DNA of 64,000 nucleotides from Epithemia pelagica (taxonomy: Eukaryota > Protista > Bacillariophyta). This document shows positions 11,595-21,781 of the stretch, piece after piece. Under the pieces are notes generated by a model. That model was not told where the DNA came from and did no database searches. It was given only the letters and a program-made list of their open reading frames with translations. The first letter of the stretch is position 1. Each line of letters starts with the position of its first letter. A program made the translations under genes and the position numbers. The DNA is taken from the NCBI GenBank assembly GCA_946965045.2, contig OX337230.1, positions 3,162,001 through 3,226,000 of the forward strand, in the 5' to 3' direction.

Positions 11595-13427
11595 ATGGTG
11601 AAAAAAGATAGAAAGAAAAAGGCCGAGTCTCAAGACCTGAGTCCAGAAGAGCTAGCGTTGTTGCGTCCTTTCTTGGAAGAACTCAAGAAGCGTCGTCGTT
11701 CGCATACCAAGCGTTCTAGAAAAAACGACGACGACGCTTCGTATTGGACATCGTCTGATTCGTCCGTCAAGTCCTCACCTGCAACCAACCGTCGGCGGCG
11801 TGGTGGAAGTCTCCGTTCTCACAAATCAGCTCGCCGAAGTTCCAGGTCTCTTTTGATCAACGATTGCGACAACTCCTTCTCCTCCGTCGAAGACGGTCCT
11901 TCCAAGGCGGTCAAGAATATTGCAAAAATGGAAGAGAAACGCTCATCGAGCTCTAGTCAAAGAATGTTGACAGCTAAGACAGAGGATGCCTCATCCAGAG
12001 ACCACAGCGGCGGTGAATCATTGCCGTGTGCTGTTTGTGGTCAAGAGTCGTTTTTGGTGTGTCTTAAATGCAAGATGACTCCCTACTGCAGCAGCGACCA
12101 CCAAATGCAAGATTGGATTCAACACAAAAAAACATGCGGTCAAGATCCACCAGAATTCCAAAAGAAGGCTCAGTGTTACAGCACTAATAATGAATACCAA
12201 GACCGGAAACAACAGATGAAAACCTACGGCCAAGCACCACCAGAAAGCACCAAGAGGGCTCAGTCATCTACCGTTGATCACGAAGACCAAGACCGGAAGC
12301 AACAAATGAAAACCTACGGCAAAGAACAACCTGAAAACCTAAAGATGAACGTAGGTGACCAGTGCACTCGTTGCTTGGAAATTCTTCAAGGAGACTGCCA
12401 TGGCAATCCTATCTTGAATACTTGCAGAGTCCCCCATCCCGAAGATTTGCAAGACTACATAGAAACTTCTTATGGACCACATGGTATGAGAGTAAAACTG
12501 CGTTGTGGTGCCTGCAGACGCAATTATGAAAGATCCTCAAGTGACAGAAATGCCTCTAAGTCCTTATCGCCCATCACACGTGGGTGCAAATGGTGCTTTG
12601 AAGGAGATCATACGATCGAACCAATGAAACGCACCGATAAACGTCGGGTCAAAAACGGCTTGGTGGTGATTCGCAAAGACGCTGATATGCAAGCAAAGAT
12701 TAATAATCTTGATGGAAATGAAGAAGTCACCATCTTGCGAATTTGTTCGGATGGTTTATTTTCGAACGATTATTCTGCTAGTCTCAAAATTTCTCTTCCA
12801 AGCTTGATTGAAGTTCAACTGGAAGATGTCGAAATGGCCAAAATTCACTTGACCCCGGAGCTGACCCCCAATGTCGAGCGTATTTCCATGCAGAATCCTT
12901 CCCAATCAAAGGAACCGGACTTCATCATTATTTGTCCTAAACTCAAGTACTTTTCCTGTCATCATTTGGATGGCTGTGGTGATTGGGTCAGAAACATGTT
13001 ACAGCATGCGACGATACTTGAAACCTTTGATTCCTACAAATTGTGGATTGGTCATATCACGTTTGCCTCAAACAAATTGAAAACAATTCGATTACATCGC
13101 GCGGACAACTTGTCCCGGTTGACTGTGTATGCTCCTCGCTTGACCATGCTAAATCTCCAATCCGCCTATTCATTGAGTACTGTTTCCTTCCTGGAGAGCC
13201 ATCCCACCTTGTCCAAGAGCTTGCCCAAGAATTTTCATTTCAATCAAGAGTAGAAAGTCAATTCTCGTAATTCGATTTTGGGATCCGAGGCAAAAAAAGC
13301 CATTCTAGATCACCCGCTATTCATTGGGGAGTTACAGGAAGATGATGATGAGTTCTTAAAAGAATGCTTGGCGAATACTCTCCGAGTCCCTTCAGAGCAC
13401 CCTCGTCTCGCAATGGGTACGACCTGA
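11595..13427 (+). CDS. MYND zinc finger + LRR-like protein, copy 1; in-frame TAG at 13251-13253, homology continues to TGA at 13425-13427
   Basis: CAVCGQESFLVCLKCKMTPYCSSDHQMQDWIQHKKTC is a zf-MYND. LRR-like LxxLxL segments follow. After the TAG the same frame reads KVNSRNSILGSEAKKAILDHP, matching the paralog's QVNSFNALLGSGAKRAIRSHP. Confidence 0.8.
12108..12335 (+). repeat. Intragenic 90-bp (30-aa) degenerate tandem repeat, ~2.5 copies, derived from the MYND tail
   Basis: CAA-GA anchors at 12108, 12198 and 12288: QDWIQHKKTCGQDPPE / QDRKQQMKTYGQAPPE / QDRKQQMKTYGKEQPE. Confidence 0.8.
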
Positions 13428-13744
13428 CCCACGTTATTGACCAGTCATGTTGTAGACTTCTTTTTGATGATCTAGCCGTGTAATGGGCCGAGATACTTAG
13501 AGCAATGTGTGGAGGTAATTTGATTCTAAGCTAGAAGAGCAAGAAAAAGGGTAGTACTCATAATATATCAATGAAGCAACAATGACGCGCGTCGCCCGCA
13601 TCTCTTTTTGTGCGACTATCTACTCTCCTCATTTTTCTGACGGCGAAAGTGCTTCAATGTCCCTTGACTTATGTTCATCAATCTCTCTTCTGCTTTGTAT
13701 AAAGGTCTTCGTTCTTTGTAAGAGTATGCATCGTGATCACCGTC

Positions 13745-15230
13745 ATGGGTAAAGAAACTGAACCAATGCCGTGTGCCATTTGTGGCAAGGAATCTGTTTT
13801 TGTTTTGCGGCAAATGCAAGACGACATACTACTGCTGCCGAGAGCACCAAAAGCAAGATTGGAAAGAACACAAGAAATCTTGTGGTAAAGTGGCCCCCAT
13901 CACTCGAGCAATTGTCGTTGGTGACCAGTGTACTCGATGTCTGGAGATTATACAAGGAGACAGCAATGGTAACCCTATTAAGAATAATTGCAAGGTCCCC
14001 CATTCCGAAGATTTGCAGCTGTGCAAGGGAACCTCCTCTGGACCCAATGGGGTGGAAGTTAAATTTCTTTGTCAAGGTTGCAACTCTAATTATCAAAGAT
14101 CCTCGAGGAATCGACATGCTCCCACATCATTCTCACCGATCACCAGTGGTCCAAAGTGGTGCTATGAAGGAGAACATACAATCCAGCCTGTCGAACGATT
14201 GGACGAACGTCGAGTCAAAAAGGATTTGGTTGTGATTCGAGCTAGCAGCAGGATGCAACAAGAAATAAATAATCTCAATGGAAATGAAGAAGTGACCATC
14301 TTGCGAATTTGTTCGGGTGGTCCTTATATTACGGCCGGTCACCTTCCTTTGCTCGATGTTTCTCTCCCCAACCTGCGAGAACTTCAGTTGGAAAAAGTTG
14401 CCATGGGGAAAGTTTGCTTAACACCCGAATCAACTCCCAATGTGGAACGTATAACTATGGAACATCCCTCGGAATCTGACAGTCCTGACTTTCAAATATT
14501 GTGTCCCAAACTCAAACATTTTAGTTGTTATCACTGGGGCCCTGGGGAGGACGACTGGGTCAATGACATGTTGGCGTCTGCCACGAAACTAGAATCCTTT
14601 GATTCTTACAAGTTTCGTCCTGGATACCTCAGGTTTGCATCCAATCATCTCGACAAGATTCGATTGCATCGTGCGGAATGTCTGGAAGTGCTTGAAATAT
14701 ACGCTCCCCGCTTGACCAAGCTGGATTTGCAAGCTGCCTACGACTTGGATCAAATTTTATTTCACCACAACCATGCAACCCTTTCCAGGAAATTGCCACC
14801 TGATTTTCGATTCACTAAAGAGTTGCAGGTCAATTCGTTCAATGCTCTCCTAGGATCGGGCGCAAAACGAGCCATTCGGAGTCACCCACGATTCCATGGG
14901 GAGTTGGAGGAGGATGACGATGATGATGACTATGACATGTATCATGGTCCTCGTGATGGAACCATGGAAGGCTTTTTGGCGGACATGCACAGTCGTATGA
15001 ATGGTGTGGAAGAGGATGACTATGGTATGTATCATGGTCCTCGTGATGGAACCATGGAAGGCTTTTTGGCGGACATGCAAAGGCGTATGAATGGTGTGGA
15101 AGAGGATGACTATGGTATGGATCATGGCCCTGCTGAGGCAGCTATGATAGAGGCTATGAGGGAAGACATGAGAAGAACGAATGCGCCGCCGGAAATTATG
15201 GATTTGTTCAACCAATATTCCCCACGATAA
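13745..15230 (+). CDS. MYND zinc finger + LRR-like protein, copy 2; +1 frameshift in a T-run at ~13803-13806
   Basis: ATG 13745 frame reads MGKETEPMPCAICGKESVFV. Removing one T continues CGKCKTTYYCCREHQKQDWKEHKKSC, a complete MYND finger. The rest (ORF 13773-15230) is colinear with copy 1. Confidence 0.8.
14925..15131 (+). repeat. Intragenic 90-bp (30-aa) near-perfect tandem repeat, ~2.3 copies
   Basis: GATGACTATG anchors at 14925, 15015 and 15105; unit DDY(D/G)MYHGPRDGTMEGFLADM(HS/QR)RMNGVEE. Confidence 0.9.
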
Positions 15231-15592
15231 CACATGTTATAATGGTAGATTTACTTGTTTGTACTAAAAGTCGCTTTCGCGGACTACAGCTGCAGTTTGT
15301 GGGTTTGCCTGGGCTCAGCGTTGTACAACCATCATGGACACAAACTGGACCGTTTCGCTCTTCGACACTAACGGGCGTCAGGTAGGTTTGTTCCCTCGCT
15401 AGTTCGTTCGCTATCGCCGCATGATTTGCAACATGGATAGTGCTTCGATTTTTACGTTACGAGGCGCAAGAGGCTGCATCATTTGACAACGCGAAAGAGT
15501 ACCTATACAAGTGTCTACGTTCACGAACGGCCTAAATCTGTTCCTTTTCTGTGGATACCATGTCTACCTTCACACTGTCCTTGTAACATGAA

Positions 15593-17503
15593 TTAGCCAC
15601 TGGTCGTCCCAATCCCCCCAGCGCCTCCGCCGCCTTGTTGTTGTTCTTCGTAGGTGGTGATTTTTTCAAACCAAAATCCCACCGCAATGAGTAAATAGGT
15701 GGTCATGAGGAGAGAGCCTTCCAACCAATTGCATTTGGGGGAACTGAGGACGACCGACACGGTAAAGACGGACAGAACGAATAGAATAATTTCAAAATGA
15801 GGAAAATTCAAGGTCATGTCACGATCCGTCACCCATCCGACCAAGACGGTGAGAGGTACGACAAAGAGCGAAATCTGCGTACAGGATCCCACCGCCACAC
15901 CCATGGCCAAATCCATCTTATCCTTGCGGGCCACGGTAATGGCTGTGACATGTTCAACGGCATTTCCCACGATAGGTAACAAAATCAAACCCACAAAGGT
16001 TCGACTAATGCCACTGTCTTGCACAAAGCCATCAATGGAATCGACCAGCATTTCGGAAAAGTACGTGACACCCAAGGTCGTTCCCAACAATCCGGCACAG
16101 GCCATCCAAAAGGGAATCGAGGCCAATTCCACTTCTTCTTCCTCCTCCTCTTCTTGTGCAACTCGATCGGCATTGTCCTTGATATCGTCCGCATTCATCT
16201 CACCTCCGTCATTTTGATCGTTGTTGGTATCTTCAAACAAGTCGGCATGCGTCTTGAGTTGAAAAACGAGGAGTTGCAAGTACATGAACAAGAGAAAAAT
16301 GGCTGCCAATCGACTGATAAACAACACATGTTCATCGTGCAAATCATAGTAACTGGCAAAGGGAGTGGGCAGAACAAGGGCAATGCCCGACAAGGCCAAG
16401 AGAGCCATGTTGGCCGTCGCGGCGGTCGTATTAAAGGATTGTTCCTTGTACTTCAAACCACCAAAAAAGAAACAACCACCCAAGACCAAGAGTAAGTTGG
16501 AAAAAATACTCCCCAACATGCTGGATTGAACGACTCGAATTTCATTGGCCATGAGAGCTTGAATGGCCAAGACGACTTCGACGGCATTGCCAAAGGTGGC
16601 ATTGATCAAACCACCAATGGTCTGATTGGTATGCAAGGCAACTTCTTCGGTAAAATCCCCCAAAATGGATGCTAACGGAATCATGACCAAAAAGTTTAAC
16701 CAAAACACGTAGGTGGCCGACCATTCTTGATAGACGGACCAGAGAGCAACCGGTCCCACCAACAAGAGGGCACTGACAATGCCTTTGCCAAAAAACAAAT
16801 CGAAAAAGTACTCGCGAATCGAGGACGAAGAGTGACTGGAAAAGGCTACATCAGAACTCATGGTACGATTGGAAACTCCTCCTGAAGGGGGTGGCGGTGG
16901 TGGAGTGGAAAAGGTATTGTTCGAAGACGACAAGAGCGACTTTGTGGAACGAGCACTGTTGGGAACCGGTGTTTGAGGATCACTTCCTACCAGCGGCGTC
17001 GTTTCTCCAACAGCCGCTACACCGCCGCCGGGAGTACTGGCACCACCACCACCAACCAAGGCCGGTGCCGACGATTGACGCAACATTTTTTCAATGCGTT
17101 TGATTTTTTGAATCTTGTCGACAACGCGCAAAAACTTCATGGCCGAAGTACTGTAATCCGTCTGACTGCGCTCTCGAATCAAGGCTGTCGGAGACGAGCC
17201 ACGAGCTCGTTCCGAATGGGGAGTCGTTGTTGTTGGCATGCTGGCAATTCGATGATGCGTCGCGACGGGAGAAAACGTGATGCTTTTTGTGGAGGCAGCA
17301 GTCGAAGCGATGTTGTTGTCGTTCTTCTGGTCGTCGTCTTGAGATTCGGAAGCTAGGTTGGCGGTCAAATTGGGTGTTGTATGACGACGCAAGGGAGGTT
17401 CCGCCAATGCTTCGTCGTCGTTGTTGGTATCGTCTCGTTTCGAACCAAGATTCCAACTGGAAAACACTCCCTCTAGTCTGCCTTGTTCAGAACAATGAAT
17501 CAA
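15593..17503 (-). CDS. CAX: CAX-family Ca2+(cation)/H+ exchanger with long hydrophilic N-tail; start codon uncertain (ORF start is TTG, first ATG at 17239)
   Basis: Alpha-repeat motifs NATFGNAVE and PIVGNAVEH, GSIFSNLLLVLG, central acidic EEEEEEE loop, AVGSCTQISLFVVP, NWLEG; about 11 hydrophobic segments. Confidence 0.92.
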   Translation of the reverse strand: MIHCSEQGRLEGVFSSWNLGSKRDDTNNDDEALAEPPLRRHTTPNLTANLASESQDDDQKNDNNIASTAASTKSITFSPVATHHRIASMPTTTTPHSERARGSSPTALIRERSQTDYSTSAMKFLRVVDKIQKIKRIEKMLRQSSAPALVGGGGASTPGGGVAAVGETTPLVGSDPQTPVPNSARSTKSLLSSSNNTFSTPPPPPPSGGVSNRTMSSDVAFSSHSSSSIREYFFDLFFGKGIVSALLLVGPVALWSVYQEWSATYVFWLNFLVMIPLASILGDFTEEVALHTNQTIGGLINATFGNAVEVVLAIQALMANEIRVVQSSMLGSIFSNLLLVLGGCFFFGGLKYKEQSFNTTAATANMALLALSGIALVLPTPFASYYDLHDEHVLFISRLAAIFLLFMYLQLLVFQLKTHADLFEDTNNDQNDGGEMNADDIKDNADRVAQEEEEEEEVELASIPFWMACAGLLGTTLGVTYFSEMLVDSIDGFVQDSGISRTFVGLILLPIVGNAVEHVTAITVARKDKMDLAMGVAVGSCTQISLFVVPLTVLVGWVTDRDMTLNFPHFEIILFVLSVFTVSVVLSSPKCNWLEGSLLMTTYLLIAVGFWFEKITTYEEQQQGGGGAGGIGTTSG

Positions 17504-19170
17504 GAACTATGATTGTCGTATCCTCGCTTATGGCAAGCAACAACCAATGCAAGGATATCCAAGGTGCTTCAAAAACTGGAAGACCAAACAAGATTCGGTC
17601 TTGCTTTAGAGAAGGTTGTATCACTTCTCAAAATCGGAAGGCCTTTCCTTTGGGACTGTATATTGATATAGTACTCTGAGAAAATCACCCAATATTGATC
17701 AGAATACGACCTTGCCTCAATTTGTTCCGGATGGTGTGACCCACGATCCAGGATCCAGGGCCAATCCCGAATCTATCATACAGGTAGAGGAGGTAGAGCA
17801 GATAGCAAGGAGTTAGACCACAGTTCTCATTGGTCGGGGCAATAAAGATCCATTGTGGAATAGGCGTCGAAAACGATTCCACAGTGTAGTGGGAGAACGC
17901 TACTCCTTGACGAGAAATCTTCATGTTTGGTCGAGCGGAGACCGATCTCAATCTAGAGAGAGTAGAGGGTGGTCCAAAGCGAAACGGAAACGGTGTAACA
18001 GACCATGAAGAAGAGGCCATCTCCAAATAGGAAAAAATGCGTGTACACAGTAGGTCTTGAAAACGGTCTTTGTATCTGAGGATTTCACATACAGCGAATG
18101 AGAGCGCTCTTCTACTATGAATGGAGCGCCATGGGTATATTTGGTCCACTACCTTTCTTCCTACTCCCACTCCTACCTCGAGTCGAGAAAAGAGAAACAA
18201 TACGCCATCAGATGGGTACTGCACACACTCCTCCTCCTCGGACTCTTTTCTGCGCAGATTACACACGGTACTGCATATTCATCTCGAAAACGAGCATCCT
18301 CAAGAGTAGCAGGTACTCCGTGCAATATACGCGGCAGACTCTACTAGATTCATCTCGGAGGTTCTTTCATACATGTACACAGAACACTTTGCCTTTGCAT
18401 CGTGTAGGAATGGTATCATCCATCGAGAGATCGCCCAGACCATATCTCGTGGCTCTAACTAAAGTTTGTACTCCTATAAAGTTTGGGCTATGCATGCTAT
18501 GTGTACGGGGGGAATGGGTCGTTTCTGAGTCGCATGGATATTCCAATTGACACCAAAATTCTCTGTTTGGTGGTTTCACAATGACCGTCATGGAAAGGCG
18601 GAAAAGAAATGATGAGTGCGGTCCGAAACCGAGACTGACGACGATCGCTTCGCCGGAGTAGGGAATAAGGAATACGAATATAATGGTTGTGGCATCTCGG
18701 GCTCGTTGATGATTCTGGGTGCGAACAAGAGACAACCCGAACCCAAACACTTCCAGAAAGAGAAGAATGAGAACTCACACGACGGGGACCCAATAACCAT
18801 AACGAATCCATGACAAATCAATGCGAACCAAGGCTCACCTACCAACGTACGTGAAGAATAAGGATCGAATCCAAAGAGAAGACCCTCGCCAGAACGACAA
18901 GGGGCCTTATGGATCGTGCCATACAAGATTGGGTTGGCACCCCAAAAAGTGTCAGGGCGAAAGATCCATGTTTCTTGTGATTGGTTGATGGTTGACTGTC
19001 ACGACAGAGAGCATTGCCTCCTAACCAAGCGCGTTGGTGTGTTTGGTTTTGGGCTCCCTGTTCTCACAACCAAGAACGAAAAAAATACAAAATACCATTC
19101 AAATCACAAACACAGAGACTTTGCAAACCACAAACCCTTTTGAAGACCTTACCTAAACCAACCGTACATC

Positions 19171-21501
19171 ATGATCTATCATAACAAGGACGGGGACCAG
19201 AATTCTGCCGTGGTCGACCATGACAAGAAAACGAATCACACTGGAAACCAACGTGTCGTCCAAAACACAACCAGCACCAATCAGGAGGTTATGGAGGAGG
19301 ACCCTTCGGACGGCTGGTTTTGGAAACCTCTCCAACAAGAGTTGGAACTACAACAAGAAGAACAAGAACAACAAGCAGTCAAGGAACAGACGATACTCTG
19401 GAGTACGGCTGCCGCTGCCAAGACAACGACGGCAACGGCGTGTACGACCACCACCGTGGCAGACTTGGACACTCCTCGACCAACCTTTTTCTCCTTGTGG
19501 TCCTGGTCTTCGTCGTCATCGTTAGTGTCGTATTGGCAACAAGCATCATCCCAACCACAGGAATCTACCACCAAGTCAACATCCCAACAAACAACATCAG
19601 CACTTCCGACGCCTCATCATCTCAATGACGAAACACTCCTGAAATCAACTGCAGCAACGACAACGACAACGAAAAAGCAGGAGGCTCCCTTGTTGGATCC
19701 CAAGCCTTTTCTACCACCACAAATGGCACCCATCTTGGCAAGTCTGATCCTTACCTGGAAGCTCTTGCACCAGCAACAACAAGGACCGGAAGATTCAACA
19801 ACCATGCGCACGTCCATTTTGGAACACGCGTGGCAAGCACAATTGCGCTTGGCCAAGGAGATTGTGGCTACGTATCATCCAGCGGCACAATTCGTACACA
19901 GTGATAATTCTGTGGAGGGGGAGGACGACCAAGTCCTCCCTGTCGACAATACAACGGACAGTGATAGTACCATGGATGTGTGGGATGGACCCTTTTTTCC
20001 CTTTCGACATGTTTCCCCCGTACCACCCAGTTGGCACTTGCAGAATCATCATTATCATCATCAGAAAAAAGCGTCGCCACCGTTTCCCACCAAACCACCA
20101 ACAGGCCACCTTGGCAATCAGGAGGACACGATCGACAAGATGATTATGGACCTGGTTCAATCCTACCAGGATGAGGAACAGGGCGGATCCTCCCATGCGT
20201 CGTGGGTGACAGTTTCCTTACGCCATGAGACAATTGCCATGACACGCATTGCACAAGGAGTACTGGCCATGGCGTCGGCCTTGTACGACAATCTCGATTC
20301 CAACGAGGACACTACCACAACAACAACAACTGTACGCACCTGCGAGATATTGAAACTCATTGCACAGTGTTACCAAACCTACACCAGTGTGATTCTTCCG
20401 CTCTTGCTTTGTCATCACCTATGTCCTACGGCGGGTCATCAAGGAACAATGAAGAAGGAGCTGTCACTGGCGACCAGTGCTACGAATCTAAACAAACAAG
20501 TCGTCCTGGCGCGAACTCTCTTGAAGCTGACACAGAGGCGGACCATTGAACAAGCGCAGCAGTGGTTCAACCGGTACATTCAAAATCTCCAGGACAAGGG
20601 ATACACTCTATTTGGGAGCTTGGTGCCTACCCTGGATGAGGAAGAGAACCATGAACGAGTGAATCAAGCGTGGCAAACCCATGGGACTACGACACTGGCA
20701 TTTTGCTTGTTGGCACAAGCCATTCTTCCATTAACAAGAGATACCTTGCACCCGATACCGTCTCTGGCACCACTCGAACTGTTGCTTGGAAGTGACGGCA
20801 TGACGAATACCCAAACTCCATCGGTGTCAACCTTGTTTCCTCAACTGGCTCAAGCCCTTGACAACTACACCACGTACCGGACGCTGCAAGCTGGTGGGCC
20901 CGTCTTGAATTGTGTTGGTAACGAAACACCAAAACAACCAGTGGCTTCCAGAGGCACCTATTCCTTGACACAAATGCACAACCTCGTCGACCGGTATTAC
21001 GAAGCAATGCAAACACATGACTTAGAGGCCTGGTTACAGTGTTTTGGGAGTGACCGTAACACGGTCTCACATACTACTGATGTGATGCGACAAGAACATC
21101 GCACCTCGTACTTTGATGCGTTCATGGCCATGGCTCCCGTAGTTCGGGAAGCAACCTACACAGTCATTAAAGATGATCCAGAGGCGGGAATGGTTCAGGT
21201 TCAATGGACGTTTCAGGTGGATACCAAAATACCAACATCGTCCTTTGAATCATATACACTATCGCAAGCAGACTCATCGGATGACAGAAAAACCAAAAGT
21301 GGTATTGAGATCACCATGGAAGGTGTTGAGACCTTTTACTTTACCCACATGTCAGGAGACACCGGTCGTTTGGTGGTGACGCAAACAAGCAACTCATGGA
21401 TCACACCACCACAGGAATTGGCAGCCAACATTCGAACAGAGTACTTGCAGAACAAAGTTGAGTCATCCTTTGCACCAAGTGTCGAGTATTTTGATGAATA
21501 A
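19171..21501 (+). CDS. Hypothetical protein (776 aa) with low-complexity N-half and putative C-terminal SnoaL/NTF2-like domain
   Basis: Long uninterrupted ORF. C-terminal LVDRYYEAMQTHDLEAWLQCF...VQVQWTF...ITMEGVETFYF fits the SnoaL-like pattern by eye. Confidence 0.6.
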   Translation: MIYHNKDGDQNSAVVDHDKKTNHTGNQRVVQNTTSTNQEVMEEDPSDGWFWKPLQQELELQQEEQEQQAVKEQTILWSTAAAAKTTTATACTTTTVADLDTPRPTFFSLWSWSSSSSLVSYWQQASSQPQESTTKSTSQQTTSALPTPHHLNDETLLKSTAATTTTTKKQEAPLLDPKPFLPPQMAPILASLILTWKLLHQQQQGPEDSTTMRTSILEHAWQAQLRLAKEIVATYHPAAQFVHSDNSVEGEDDQVLPVDNTTDSDSTMDVWDGPFFPFRHVSPVPPSWHLQNHHYHHQKKASPPFPTKPPTGHLGNQEDTIDKMIMDLVQSYQDEEQGGSSHASWVTVSLRHETIAMTRIAQGVLAMASALYDNLDSNEDTTTTTTTVRTCEILKLIAQCYQTYTSVILPLLLCHHLCPTAGHQGTMKKELSLATSATNLNKQVVLARTLLKLTQRRTIEQAQQWFNRYIQNLQDKGYTLFGSLVPTLDEEENHERVNQAWQTHGTTTLAFCLLAQAILPLTRDTLHPIPSLAPLELLLGSDGMTNTQTPSVSTLFPQLAQALDNYTTYRTLQAGGPVLNCVGNETPKQPVASRGTYSLTQMHNLVDRYYEAMQTHDLEAWLQCFGSDRNTVSHTTDVMRQEHRTSYFDAFMAMAPVVREATYTVIKDDPEAGMVQVQWTFQVDTKIPTSSFESYTLSQADSSDDRKTKSGIEITMEGVETFYFTHMSGDTGRLVVTQTSNSWITPPQELAANIRTEYLQNKVESSFAPSVEYFDE

Positions 21502-21781
21502 CCGAATAGAATGATGTACTAACAAACCGACGCTACATTGATATGATGGATCAATGTGCACATGAAAGGGAGCATGTCATAAGAAAAGGCACCGCCCAAA
21601 GTATGGAAAACTCTGTTGTATTCTTCCCGAGTAAAGAGTAAGAAATCTACGGGACTTAAGCCAATAGGCGATATATCTAAGGAATCACGGAATCATTTAA
21701 AACATTTTGCACTTTTCACAAAACTTAAGTCTACAGAACGGTATTTGAAATTCCCCAATTTATTCTGAAACTTCCCATGAT

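Noticed and set aside
17685-18930. Cluster of 100-190-aa ORFs between CAX and the 19171 gene
   Set aside because: Overlapping on both strands with no motif or compositional coding signal.
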